Positions 48,486 to 58,082 of a stretch of 64,000 nt of DNA are shown here, one piece after another (positions within the stretch are counted from its first letter, which is position 1; each line of letters opens with the position of its first letter). A program made the translations under genes and the position numbers. The stretch comes from Armatimonadia bacterium (GTDB lineage Bacteria; Armatimonadota; Zipacnadia; Zipacnadales; UBA11051), in assembly GCA_039683575.1 (NCBI GenBank), contig JBDKRC010000243.1, forward strand, positions 10,955-74,954, in the 5' to 3' direction. Below the pieces are notes generated by a model, which did not search any database, had not been told where the DNA came from, and worked only from the letters and a program-made list of their open reading frames with translations.

Positions 48486-50057
48486 ATGTTTGATGTTGAA
48501 CTCTGGATTAGGGATCATCAAGCTATATCGTTTCTGTTTGGGGGATGTGGACTGGCGGCCGCAGGGGCTCTGCTGCGCCGGCTCCTCCGTCGGCGCGCCA
48601 CTAACGCGCCAACTACGGCTGCAAGACAAGATTTCGTGAACGATACCTCAGTGTCCACCGCACCAATCTCCACTGTCACTCAGAATCCAGAGACCCATAT
48701 ACAGAACACAATCAATGTGATGGCTCCAGACGCTGCCCCTGTGCCCGTGTCCCAAAATCCAAACGTACAGGATTTCAGCAGGAGCCACGAACCCAACGAC
48801 TTATCTGGCGAGGCACAAGACACACGAATGCAGGCGCTGGATGCCTTGGGAGTAATAGCCCTATACCCAAACGTCACTGAACATGGCGGGCAGATGGCAT
48901 CCGCCATTCGTGTTTCGAAAACCATCCACATCATCGCCTGCAGCGGGTATGGCTCGGTAACGGCCTACGATCAGGACCTCGAGAAGGCTCTGAGCGATGG
49001 CGCCCACATCACCGTCTTTCTGGCAAACCCACATGGCCCTGTGTGCGGTGGTTTGTATGATACCGAAGAAGACCTCACTCGCGACGATGCTGACAGAACG
49101 CGTCGCCGATATCTGACGCTGCGGACGAAGGCCAACGACAATACGCCCCGCGGGGTAGAACCAAGGTTCTGCATCGAATTAAGAGTATACCAGACGCTCG
49201 GCTTCTGCCTTGGAGGCATAATCTGCGATAGCCGCGGATGGTACATGCCACGCATATTGCCTTTAGAACCACTGAATACCACCACGCTGGATATCGTTCC
49301 CGAGGGCATGCTCTGGCACCATCTGCAAGAGCACTTGCGATGGCTCAGGAAGCCAGCGGTGAGCTTCCCGTGTGCACTAGACGCGCCCATCCCTGTGGCA
49401 ACTTTCGCCATGGAGAAGTGGGTGACGGTGACGCCGGAGAACGCGCATCAGGCATTCCTGCCAGGTGATCTCATCCTGAGAAAGGAAGGAACGATGGCAG
49501 CCTGGGTCGATCTGCCATCTCCGAACGAACGTGCACAGGCAACTAACAACAAGTTCCTCTGGGCCGCAACAAAGGTCTGTGGCGGTGACATCCTTGACGG
49601 AACGTGCCTGTACTACTCCCCGAAGACCGACGACAGGGGCACACCGAGATGGGTTAACTGCGCCGCTTCAGGCATGATAGAGCGTGTACTCCCTGTTCAG
49701 GATCCACCGGCATACACAAACCACAGAGTGACCGCAGACATTGGATGCACGGATGGTCTATCCGCAGGACCACACCATTTTGCCGTTACGTGGACCCACA
49801 GGAGCAAACCCGCCATCTACCTATGGATAGACGGGCAATGTGTAGCTGAGGGATCGCTTGCCGCCGGCGGGGATTCAGTGTGGCCGCAGAGTACTGGCTC
49901 GCGGCTGTGCATCGGCCACTTCCCGACGATGGGAACATGGTTCTTCCTCAACTGGCCATTGACAGGATTCGCATTCTTCGACCAGGCCCTCAGCGAGGGC
50001 GAAATCGCTGCATGGAAGAAACATACTCTCTCAGTGGTGCGACACGATCGGGACTAG
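48486..50057 (+). CDS. Hypothetical membrane-anchored protein with C-terminal concanavalin-A/LamG-like domain. The gene is low-GC and looks horizontally acquired.
   Basis: N-terminal TM ISFLFGGCGLAAAGALL. C-terminus ...LCIGHFP...WPLTGFAFFDQALSEGEIAAWKK, resembling the Laminin_G_3 family ending. Local GC drops to roughly 45-55%. Confidence 0.5.
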   Translation: MFDVELWIRDHQAISFLFGGCGLAAAGALLRRLLRRRATNAPTTAARQDFVNDTSVSTAPISTVTQNPETHIQNTINVMAPDAAPVPVSQNPNVQDFSRSHEPNDLSGEAQDTRMQALDALGVIALYPNVTEHGGQMASAIRVSKTIHIIACSGYGSVTAYDQDLEKALSDGAHITVFLANPHGPVCGGLYDTEEDLTRDDADRTRRRYLTLRTKANDNTPRGVEPRFCIELRVYQTLGFCLGGIICDSRGWYMPRILPLEPLNTTTLDIVPEGMLWHHLQEHLRWLRKPAVSFPCALDAPIPVATFAMEKWVTVTPENAHQAFLPGDLILRKEGTMAAWVDLPSPNERAQATNNKFLWAATKVCGGDILDGTCLYYSPKTDDRGTPRWVNCAASGMIERVLPVQDPPAYTNHRVTADIGCTDGLSAGPHHFAVTWTHRSKPAIYLWIDGQCVAEGSLAAGGDSVWPQSTGSRLCIGHFPTMGTWFFLNWPLTGFAFFDQALSEGEIAAWKKHTLSVVRHDRD

Positions 50058-50104
50058 CGAGCGCGCGTTGCCAGGGTCAGCAAAAGCCGACGGGGAATTG
50101 CAGG

Positions 50105-50222
50105 GAGCTCATCTTCGCAGCCCTCGAAAGTCGCTGGGACGGGGCGGAAGGTGGCGCTGCCGTTCACGCCGCCGCGCGCTCCGCAGGAGCGCATGGGCAA
50201 GCGGCCGATTGAGTTGTGGCTG
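50105..50222 (+). repeat. Degenerate, frameshifted direct copy of the 3' end of the 47353..48432 gene
   Basis: About 85% identical to 48322..48432, with a 1-nt and an approximately 25-nt indel. Shares the core GGCAAGCGGCCGATTGAGTTGTGGCT. Confidence 0.8.
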
Positions 50223-50267
50223 AAAAGATAGAGCATGCCAGACACCGCGGGGTGTTCAGCAGAGTGA

Positions 50268-51176
50268 TTGCGGGCTCCGGAGGTCAGGCCACTGTCGAGT
50301 GTACAGAAGACCCCAAGTAGGCTCAGAGCCCTGCAACACGCAGGTGCCCGCGTTGCCGTGCGCGGTCTCGTCGCCGTCGCCTTGTTGTTAGTCTATGAGT
50401 TGCTTTGGGGAAAGCTCTTCCCCTTCTCGCCGGTCGCATTGGGGTTCGAAAGACACGAACTCACCCACACCGTCGTCTTCGTACAGAGCGGAGCCGTCTT
50501 CAGAGACTTCAGCCAGGTTGACGGTCTGGTCCCGGAGGTGGAGCGCACGCATGCGCTGGGATTTCTGTGCAAGCCTCGCCTGTTCGTCTTCCGGGATGGG
50601 GCGGCCTACCTTCGGCGATCTACTTCACGGGCTCGGTTTTGCGCCTTCCCCGGTGGAGCTTTAGTCATATCGCCCTGGGCTCAGCGCGAGGCCCGGGAAG
50701 GCAGGATTTCCCTGTCCATCTACCTGACACATGAGTTGTCCCATGTGTTGGTCTTTCAGCATGCGGGCTTCCTGCGGTCGCTTCGGCTCCCGAAATGGCT
50801 GTTAGAGGGGCTGGCCACCTACACAGCACATCAGATGGGCACATCCTTCTACCCCGACAAGCAGCGGACCTACCGGCTGCTGAGCGAGGGCAATTTCATG
50901 CCTCCTCTCCTATTCGATACCCATGCGGGGGACCAGATTGAGCTTCACGTGAAGTACCCCCAGGCCTTCATATACTCTGAGTTTGCTTGTCTGGTGGACT
51001 ACCTGATCCAGACTCGAGGGCGCGACAGGTTCCAGGGCTACTTGGGGCGCCTTACAGAGGGCGACGACCAAGCGGCAGCCTTCGAGGAAGCCTACGGGAT
51101 AGCACTGGATCAGGCTGTTGGGGAATTCATGGATCAGGTCCGACAGCCTGCGAAACATGGGGAAGCGGCCGATTGA
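50268..51176 (+). CDS. Hypothetical membrane protein with HExxH motif (putative zinc metallopeptidase-like)
   Basis: TM VAVRGLVAVALLLVYELLWG. LTHELSHVLVFQH. The stop codon lies inside the third copy of the repeat. The start is uncertain. Confidence 0.4.
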   Translation: MRAPEVRPLSSVQKTPSRLRALQHAGARVAVRGLVAVALLLVYELLWGKLFPFSPVALGFERHELTHTVVFVQSGAVFRDFSQVDGLVPEVERTHALGFLCKPRLFVFRDGAAYLRRSTSRARFCAFPGGALVISPWAQREAREGRISLSIYLTHELSHVLVFQHAGFLRSLRLPKWLLEGLATYTAHQMGTSFYPDKQRTYRLLSEGNFMPPLLFDTHAGDQIELHVKYPQAFIYSEFACLVDYLIQTRGRDRFQGYLGRLTEGDDQAAAFEEAYGIALDQAVGEFMDQVRQPAKHGEAAD

Positions 51177-51184
51177 GTTGTGGC
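51156..51184 (+). repeat. Third direct copy of the 29-nt core repeat ATGGG(G/C)AAGCGGCCGATTGAGTTGTGGCT
   Basis: Identical over 23 nt to 48397..48420 and 50199..50222. Confidence 0.8.
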
Positions 51185-51226
51185 TCAGAGGCTAGTCGCA
51201 CCTTACAACGAACCGAGGAACTACCC

Positions 51227-53140
51227 ATGTCTCACCTCTGGCTGGAAGCGGAATCGTTCAATGAGCTTGGCGGCTGGGTTATTGACGAGCAGTCGATGGA
51301 TCAGATGGGCTCAGCATATGTCATGGCCCACGGCATGGGGGTGCCGGTGCAGGACGCGGAGACCGTCTGCGTCGTGCCCGAGTCCGGCCAGTGGACCGTA
51401 TGGGTCCGCACCCGCGACTGGACCGCGCCGTGGGGGCGCGGCACCTCTGGCGGAACCTTCAAGGTCAGGATCAACGGGACCCTCCTGCCGGAGACTCTGG
51501 GGACGAACGGGGCGGAGTGGGCCTGGCAGAAGGCGGGCGTCATCTCGCTGGAGCAGGGACCGGCCACAGTCGCCCTGCATGACCTGACCGGCTTCAACGG
51601 TCGCTGCGATGCCTTGTACCTGACCTCCGCCCCCGCTGACGTTCCGCCAAATGAACCCCGCGCGCTCAGTGAGTTCCGCAGGGCCGCGTCAGGAATCGTC
51701 TGCACGGACGACCCCGAAGTCTACGACCTGGCCGTGGCCGGCGGAGGGATTGCCGGGATCTGTACGGCCATTGCCGCCGCGCGCACCGGGGCCAAGGTTG
51801 TCCTGATCCACGACCGGCCGGTCATGGGCGGCTGCAACAGCTCGGAGATCCGCGTCCCCCTGGGCGGGCTCGTCCACGTGCCCCCCTATCCGCAGCTCGG
51901 GAACGTCGTCGAGGAGATCTCTCCCATCACAGGCAGACCGGGGGTCCTCCCGGCGGAGTTCTACGAGGACACCCGGAAGGCAAACGTCTTCCGCACCTTG
52001 CCCCCTGAGCAGTACCGGCTCATCCTCAATGCGAGGGTCGTGGCGGTGGAGAAAGACCCCGATGACCCGCAGAAAATCGCGGCCTTCGTGGCGCGGGACA
52101 TCCGTACCGGGGCGGAGACACGCCTGCGGGCGCGGCTGTTTGCCGACTGCACGGGCGACGCGGTCATCGCGCGCATGATGGGCGCCGAGGTCATGTACGG
52201 GCGCGAGCCCCGCGACAAGTTCGGCGAGTCTCTGGCCCCGGTCGAGGGCGACGACGAGGTCATGGGCATGTCGGTCATCTGGTGCTCGGACCAGGGCGAG
52301 GAGGTGACGTCCTTCCCCGACATTGACTGGGGGCTGGAGATCACCGAGGACAATGTCTACTACATCCGCAGCGGTGACTGGGAGTGGGAGACCGGCCAGT
52401 ACCGCAATCAGGCCGATGAGACCGAGTACATCCGCGACTACGGGCTGATGGCCATTTTCGCGAACTGGTCCTACCTGAAGAACCACTCGGAACGCCAGGC
52501 GGAGTGGGCGCGGGACCGGCTCGCCTGGATCACACCCCTCGGCGGGAAGCGGGAGAGTTACCGTGTGGTCGGCGACTACATCATGACACAAAGCGATATC
52601 GAGGGCGAAACGGTCCAGCCGGACGCGACCGCCTCGATGACGTGGAGCATTGACCTGCACTTCCCCGATCCGGAGCACCTTGCCAAGTTCAAAGAGCCCT
52701 TCCGCTCCTGCGCCTACCACCGCAATCTCATGAAGCCCTACCCGGTACCGTACCGTTGCCTCTACTCGAAGGACGTGACCAACCTGTTTCTGGGCGGGCG
52801 CATCATCAGCGCCTCCCACGTGGCGTTCGGGTCGGTACGGGTCATGCGCACGCTGGGGATTCTGGGCGAGGTAATCGGCATGGCCGCGACGATCTGCGCC
52901 AGGGAGGGCCTTTCCCCCCGGGACGTCTACCTGTCGCGGCTTGATGAACTCAAGAAGATGATGGAGCAGGGCGTGCCGCCCCCCGCGACGTACCATCCCG
53001 GAGGGACCGGCAGGAAGTACGAGGGGTATCACTTCGCGGAGATTGGACATCTGGGTGTCTATCCCGACCGCCACGAGAAGCTGGACGACCCAGAGGTGGC
53101 AAAGCGCGTCAAGGCACTGGGCCTGCAGCACATGGAGTGA
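51227..53140 (+). CDS. FAD-dependent oxidoreductase (PF12831-like, CAZyme-associated) with N-terminal carbohydrate-binding-like domain
   Basis: DLAVAGGGIAGICTAIAAARTGAKVVLIHDRPVMGGCNSSE. RBS GAGGAA. Confidence 0.7.
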   Translation: MSHLWLEAESFNELGGWVIDEQSMDQMGSAYVMAHGMGVPVQDAETVCVVPESGQWTVWVRTRDWTAPWGRGTSGGTFKVRINGTLLPETLGTNGAEWAWQKAGVISLEQGPATVALHDLTGFNGRCDALYLTSAPADVPPNEPRALSEFRRAASGIVCTDDPEVYDLAVAGGGIAGICTAIAAARTGAKVVLIHDRPVMGGCNSSEIRVPLGGLVHVPPYPQLGNVVEEISPITGRPGVLPAEFYEDTRKANVFRTLPPEQYRLILNARVVAVEKDPDDPQKIAAFVARDIRTGAETRLRARLFADCTGDAVIARMMGAEVMYGREPRDKFGESLAPVEGDDEVMGMSVIWCSDQGEEVTSFPDIDWGLEITEDNVYYIRSGDWEWETGQYRNQADETEYIRDYGLMAIFANWSYLKNHSERQAEWARDRLAWITPLGGKRESYRVVGDYIMTQSDIEGETVQPDATASMTWSIDLHFPDPEHLAKFKEPFRSCAYHRNLMKPYPVPYRCLYSKDVTNLFLGGRIISASHVAFGSVRVMRTLGILGEVIGMAATICAREGLSPRDVYLSRLDELKKMMEQGVPPPATYHPGGTGRKYEGYHFAEIGHLGVYPDRHEKLDDPEVAKRVKALGLQHME

Positions 53141-53164
53141 GTTGCCTCTTTACGCGCCGCTCCC

Positions 53165-55450
53165 CTATCCTCCCGCCTTCGCCACCGGACTCACCACCAG
53201 CTTGCAGAAGAACGTGAACGGAGCGTTGAACCCGTCGAAGAACATGATGAGCTTGTGGCGTCCCGCGGGTATCTGGACCGTCTGCTTGCCCACGGACTTC
53301 TGCGGGGTCCGCCAGCCCGCACCCGAGTTCCACGACGCCGGGAGCTTCCAGTCCACCAGCTTGGGCCCGACCACGCCGGTCTCTCCGAGGCACAGACGGA
53401 TGGTTCCTTCCCGCGCGCCTTCCTCCGGCTTGAGGCCCTTGGTCGAGTAGTCGGGCCGGTTCATGAAGAGTTCCGCCTCATACTCGCCAGCCTGGGCTAC
53501 CTCAACCTCATAGCAGATCCACCGGGCACGGTCGCCGCCCACTTCCACCGCTTCCTCCATCGCCCCTATCTCCGTCTTCCGCCATTCGAGCCGGGCGTCG
53601 CTTGGCCCGAGCGCAGAGCTGCGGAAGGCCACTCCGTTCCCACCCTCGTCATAGTAACCGCCCCGAACGGTGCCGGGAATCGCCTGTGGCTTGCCCTGAT
53701 AGGGCGTTCCCGTGTACTCCTTGCCGGTCATCAGCTCCATCTGGATGGGGGCGGACTGGCCGATCAGGCCGGCGTCGTCCTGAGCCATGGCGATGATCGT
53801 GTTGGTGGCTCCGGGAAACAGGTTGGTGACGGTGAAGGTAGCCTTGGCCTTGGTGGCGTCCACCTTCTGCTCGGCCCGGACGCGGCCCATCGAGAAGAGC
53901 AGAATGGACTTGACCTTGCCGCGGGAGGCGGTGGCCGACACGTCGAAGCTCACCGGCTCGCCCTCCTTGAACGGTCCCTTACCCTTGACGCCGAGCGTCA
54001 CCGCTGGCAGTTTCCGGGCGCCGGTATCCTGGTCATAGACGCGCACATAGTCCACGACCAGGCGGTCGGGCAACTGCGCGTCCTCCAGGCGGCCGTAGAA
54101 GGGCCGTTCCTTCTCGGTCTTCGGCGTCCTCAGGCAACCGCTGATCCATAGCTTCTGCGGGACGTTGGTCATTGGGACCTCGCGGTAGGTCTGCCGGAGC
54201 GTCTCCTGGCCGTCCACGTAGAAAATGTGCTCCAGCGGCGTCCACTGGAAGCCCACGGTATGCCAGCCCTCGTATTGCTCCATGACCGCCTTGCGGCCGC
54301 TGGAGGTCCGCCCCAGCCTGGTGCTGCCGAGGATGCCTCCCTCGCCGACACCCTTGGCGTTGCCCTGATCGTCCAGTCTGGTCAGCTTGACCGCGCAGTG
54401 GTAACAGTGACTGATGTCATTCTCCTTCTTGGGCTTGTAGAAGTCCTCGAAGATGTCGAACTCCTGGGAATTGACAAACCCATCCACTCCGCAGTCGTAG
54501 GGGTATCCGGCCATCCAGACAGCGGTCCACCAGCCGGGCTGTCGCGAGAACTGCACGCGCGTCTCAAAGTAGCCGTACGCCTTCTCAAAGAAGCTGTTGA
54601 TGCTGCCGAAGTGGCGCACCGTGCCGTCAGGGTCGCGTGTCAATTGCAGCACGAGCGAGCCCTGCCCATCGAGGAACAGGTTGTCGCGGGAGGGGCTGGT
54701 CTTGAAGCCAGGCCATTCCCAGGCGCTCTCGGGCTGGACGTTCCACTTCTTGGTATCGAGGGTCGTGCCGTCAAACTCGTCGTTCCAGACCAGCTTCCAC
54801 TTCTTGCCGGCTGGCGGCCCTTCGCGGTAACCGGCCTTGGTGACTTGGGCGACCTGGGCCGAAGCAGCGGCAGCCTTCTTGATCGCCGGATTCTTCAGGT
54901 CCAACGGCCCGCCGACCGCCAGTATGGCCGAGCCGGAGCCCCGCACCATGCGGAGGGCGAGCACGTGATCTCCCTTCGTCAGTTCCACCGTGGCGACGAA
55001 GTCGTGGATGCTCGGCGGCCAGACCTCGTTGCCCTGATCGCGGCTGAGGGTCTCGGAGATCAGTTTGCCGTCCAGGTAGGCTTCGTACCACCAGTCCGCG
55101 CCGAACCCGAAGGTGGCCGGGCCGGCTTTGTCTGCTGCGAAGGTCAGGTAGACCCAGGCGGTGTTGCCGACCTCCGCACCGCAGAACGGCGCGCAATCGA
55201 GGCAGCGGCGGGCATCAAACGTCGCGGTTCGCCCCATCACGCGCTTCTCGCCGATCACCAGCGTCTCCGGTACGCGGCGCAGCAACTCCGGCGCGGGTAC
55301 GCCGTCCTCACGGGCGAACGGTCCAAAGACAACACACTGCGCGGGCAGCGCCACGTCGCCCTTGGGAATCACGTTCTGGGCCTGGGCCGTTGCCGCCCAG
55401 ATCGCGATAGGGAGTAAGACGCCCGACAAAACTCGGAAGGAAGGCTTCAT
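53165..55450 (-). CDS. Secreted glycoside hydrolase family 16 protein with additional C-terminal domains
   Basis: Signal peptide MKPSFRVLSGVLLPIAIWAATAQAQ. WNDEFDG and catalytic EFDIFE (E-x-D-x-x-E). Confidence 0.75.
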   Translation of the reverse strand: MKPSFRVLSGVLLPIAIWAATAQAQNVIPKGDVALPAQCVVFGPFAREDGVPAPELLRRVPETLVIGEKRVMGRTATFDARRCLDCAPFCGAEVGNTAWVYLTFAADKAGPATFGFGADWWYEAYLDGKLISETLSRDQGNEVWPPSIHDFVATVELTKGDHVLALRMVRGSGSAILAVGGPLDLKNPAIKKAAAASAQVAQVTKAGYREGPPAGKKWKLVWNDEFDGTTLDTKKWNVQPESAWEWPGFKTSPSRDNLFLDGQGSLVLQLTRDPDGTVRHFGSINSFFEKAYGYFETRVQFSRQPGWWTAVWMAGYPYDCGVDGFVNSQEFDIFEDFYKPKKENDISHCYHCAVKLTRLDDQGNAKGVGEGGILGSTRLGRTSSGRKAVMEQYEGWHTVGFQWTPLEHIFYVDGQETLRQTYREVPMTNVPQKLWISGCLRTPKTEKERPFYGRLEDAQLPDRLVVDYVRVYDQDTGARKLPAVTLGVKGKGPFKEGEPVSFDVSATASRGKVKSILLFSMGRVRAEQKVDATKAKATFTVTNLFPGATNTIIAMAQDDAGLIGQSAPIQMELMTGKEYTGTPYQGKPQAIPGTVRGGYYDEGGNGVAFRSSALGPSDARLEWRKTEIGAMEEAVEVGGDRARWICYEVEVAQAGEYEAELFMNRPDYSTKGLKPEEGAREGTIRLCLGETGVVGPKLVDWKLPASWNSGAGWRTPQKSVGKQTVQIPAGRHKLIMFFDGFNAPFTFFCKLVVSPVAKAGG

Positions 55451-55635
55451 CCTGACCGTCTCCTTGTCCACTGCTTTGAGTGGGTTCACACGGACCGCGC
55501 ACGCAGGCGGTTACAACTAACCTGGTGCAATTCCAGAGATCCCCCCGCGCTACCTTCATCGCCATGGCTCGCAGTCATCATTGGGGTTCCAAGCAGGTGC
55601 GCAGAGACAGGGGACGAAGGTTGGAGTTGAGCGAC

Positions 55636-56958
55636 ATGTACCGCACCTGCGCAGGGTCAGTTGCGAGGGGTCTGCCAGAGACAGCCAATATGAGTATCCT
55701 GACGCCAGATCCCGCACCCTTCGACGACCTCATCGCGCAGGCTCGCGCCGAGGGGCACACTGGCTTCGCCGACCGGCTGGATGATCTGCTTCATCACACA
55801 GCATGGACGACGGGCTCGGAGTTGCTTGGTGAACTCGGTCTGGCGATCCGCAAGTTCCAGCGGACGCGGCCCCGGCTCAGTCCTGGCTTGCGGCAACTGC
55901 TGCGCGATTGTCTGCGTTCCACGAGGCGCGGTTCGTCTGCGTCGCCACTACCTCAAGATGGCGCTCACTTGCAGGGCAACCTCCGGGCCAAAGGGTCTCG
56001 CTGGCGCGTCATAGTGATGGCCGCGGTTCTAGTCGGCGCGGTCCTGGGTCTGCGCTATTGGCTCGCGTACCATCGCCCCATCGGCACCGGACCAGCGGGG
56101 CCTCCGGTGCCTGCCGAGCCGTTCGGCCACGCCTGGGACATGGAACCTGTGCTGCTGCTGGGCCTTGGCGATAGTGTCACCGCTGGTCTTGGGGCCGCTT
56201 GGGGCTACAGCTACTTCGCCCGGTTGGCTGACAATCCAGCCGATGAGTTCGCGGACATGCGCGGGCGCTGCCTGCGTCGCGTTTTCCCCAGCCTCTCCAC
56301 ACTGAATCTGGCGGTGTCAGGCAGCACGAGTCCTCAGCACGCTCAGAAGCAGATTCCGCGTATCCCACGACAGGGCCGCGAGACTCTCGGCTGGGTCGTC
56401 ATGACCACCGGCGGCAATGATCTGATCCACAACTACGGTCGGGGACCGATCGAAGAAGGCGCGCTATACGGGGCCACTTACGAGCAGGCCCGGCCGTGCG
56501 TCAGTAGCTTCGAGTCACGTCTAGGCCGGATGCTCGACGCTGTCGACGAGCGCTTCCCTGGTGGCTGCCACATCTTCCTTGCCAACATCTACGATCCGAC
56601 GGACGCTGTGGGCGACCTGCAGCACGCGATGGCCTCACTGCCACCGTGGCCTGACGCGGTTCGGAGCCTCAGCGCCTACAACGAGGCAATAGGCCGCTGC
56701 GCCAGCAGGCGCCCAAACGTCCATCTCGTTGACATGCGCGCCGCTTTCCTGGGCCATGGCATCCACTGCAGCGAGTTCTGGGGAAGACACTATCAGCGAA
56801 AGGACCCGACCTACTGGTACTTCGACAACCTGGAAGACCCAAACCAAAGGGGATACGACGCCATTCGTCGCCTGTTCCTGCTCGAGATGATCGAGGTGGC
56901 CAGGGGCCATGGAGGGTCACTCAGGGCCCCGGCCGCTGCGAAAGTGGGGGGCAGATAG
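55636..56958 (+). CDS. Membrane-anchored SGNH/GDSL hydrolase
   Basis: TM IVMAAVLVGAVLGL. Block I LLLGLGDSVTAG; block III TTGGNDL. Confidence 0.6.
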   Translation: MYRTCAGSVARGLPETANMSILTPDPAPFDDLIAQARAEGHTGFADRLDDLLHHTAWTTGSELLGELGLAIRKFQRTRPRLSPGLRQLLRDCLRSTRRGSSASPLPQDGAHLQGNLRAKGSRWRVIVMAAVLVGAVLGLRYWLAYHRPIGTGPAGPPVPAEPFGHAWDMEPVLLLGLGDSVTAGLGAAWGYSYFARLADNPADEFADMRGRCLRRVFPSLSTLNLAVSGSTSPQHAQKQIPRIPRQGRETLGWVVMTTGGNDLIHNYGRGPIEEGALYGATYEQARPCVSSFESRLGRMLDAVDERFPGGCHIFLANIYDPTDAVGDLQHAMASLPPWPDAVRSLSAYNEAIGRCASRRPNVHLVDMRAAFLGHGIHCSEFWGRHYQRKDPTYWYFDNLEDPNQRGYDAIRRLFLLEMIEVARGHGGSLRAPAAAKVGGR

Positions 56959-56978
56959 CCGCAGCGCCACAAAGCCGA

Positions 56979-57008
56979 TTGCGCACGGGTGGTGGCTGTG
57001 CATATACT
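56979..57008 (+). promoter_or_regulatory. Candidate sigma70-like promoter (TTGCGC-N18-TATACT) for the small ORF
   Basis: Sequence match only. Confidence 0.25.
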
Positions 57009-57042
57009 CTGGCTGGTTGTGTACATAAAGGAGGTCGGTCTG

Positions 57043-57144
57043 ATGCGCTACCTGTCGCTCGTCGTCCTGATTCTCGCCGTCTCGGCAGTCCGGCTGCCCC
57101 CACTGTTGTCGTCAATGGCAAGCAGGCCACGGTCTCGGTGGTAG
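57043..57144 (+). CDS. Candidate 33-aa hydrophobic small protein (below the ORF-track length cutoff)
   Basis: AAGGAGG 8 nt upstream of the ATG. Encodes MRYLSLVVLILAVSAVRLPPLLSSMASRPRSRW. Confidence 0.25.
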   Translation: MRYLSLVVLILAVSAVRLPPLLSSMASRPRSRW

Positions 57145-57226
57145 ACGTCGAGGGTAAGGTCTACATCAACAGCGCGGCTGGCGGCGGCCAGAGGTCCGCC
57201 ATGGCGCCGCAGCGAACTCTGCCCGG

Positions 57227-57943
57227 TCAGAATACAGAAGTCTGCACTTGCCTGACCACGGTCATGCTCCATTGCATCAGCGCATCTTGGTTCATGACGT
57301 ATGCCCGCATATCGCCGAACGCGCCGCCGAAGCCCGCCGCCCCGCCGATCCGCACCAGTTCCGCCCGCTGGTTTGGTGTGCCGTGATGCAGAGGTGAACC
57401 TAGGGCCAGATCCCCCATGTTGGCAGCCGCCACAATGCTGGCGAGTGCCAATGCCTGGCTCAGCGCCGGGTGCGCGCTCCTAATGCGCAACCCGGTCCAG
57501 TACCCCGCGAGAACATCCGCCTGCATCTCCGTGTCCGTGCCGGGCGGCGGCAGCCCCATGCCATGCTGCAGCCAGTACCGGAACTGGAAGTGGTGCATGA
57601 ATTCGTGTGCCTCGGTAAAACAGATGGCGACAGCACCACCCAGGAGGCCTGCCTTGTCGATCTGCAGTTTGCACGCCCAGTCACCCATGACCACCATCGG
57701 CATCGGGGGCGGGAACGCCTGTGAGTTATTGTCAGGGCTGAAGACGATTGGAAACGCCGACATTCCCATGCCCTGCACGAGAAGTTGCCCCTCATTCAAA
57801 ACCATTGCATCAACCGGTAACACTGGGTTGGGCGGACGAAGACTTGCCGGGGCACCTCCGCCGTACTGTATGCAGTACTGCGGACAAGCAGCGCTCGCCA
57901 GCAGGAGCAGCCCCAGAACCGCCATGTACCGTATCATCCCCAT
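57227..57943 (-). CDS. Secreted hypothetical protein with HExxH motif (zinc-dependent peptidase-like)
   Basis: Signal peptide MIRYMAVLGLLLLASAA. FTEAHEFMHHFQ. Confidence 0.5.
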   Translation of the reverse strand: MGMIRYMAVLGLLLLASAACPQYCIQYGGGAPASLRPPNPVLPVDAMVLNEGQLLVQGMGMSAFPIVFSPDNNSQAFPPPMPMVVMGDWACKLQIDKAGLLGGAVAICFTEAHEFMHHFQFRYWLQHGMGLPPPGTDTEMQADVLAGYWTGLRIRSAHPALSQALALASIVAAANMGDLALGSPLHHGTPNQRAELVRIGGAAGFGGAFGDMRAYVMNQDALMQWSMTVVRQVQTSVF

Positions 57944-58082
57944 CACCCTTCCGTGTCCCCTGTAGGACTATGGTGCGAACACATGGGCACCATAGAAGGG
58001 ACGCATCTGCAGGTCCTGGAGTTCGCGCGTACTACGTGCTACCATTTTCCACACGCCATTACGGATAGAGAGGCGACCCACA

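Noticed and set aside
48322-51184. Direct repeats as a CRISPR array or integron attC sites
   Set aside because: There are only three copies, spaced 1.8 and 0.96 kb apart, with no regular short spacers and no cas genes. The repeats lack the inverted-repeat architecture and GTTRRRY core of attC sites, and no intI is present.
55450-55470. CAGGATG immediately at the GH16 start as another copy of the CAGGAT repeat family
   Set aside because: It is a single occurrence, formed by the AGGA ribosome-binding site plus the ATG start codon. There is no tandem array.
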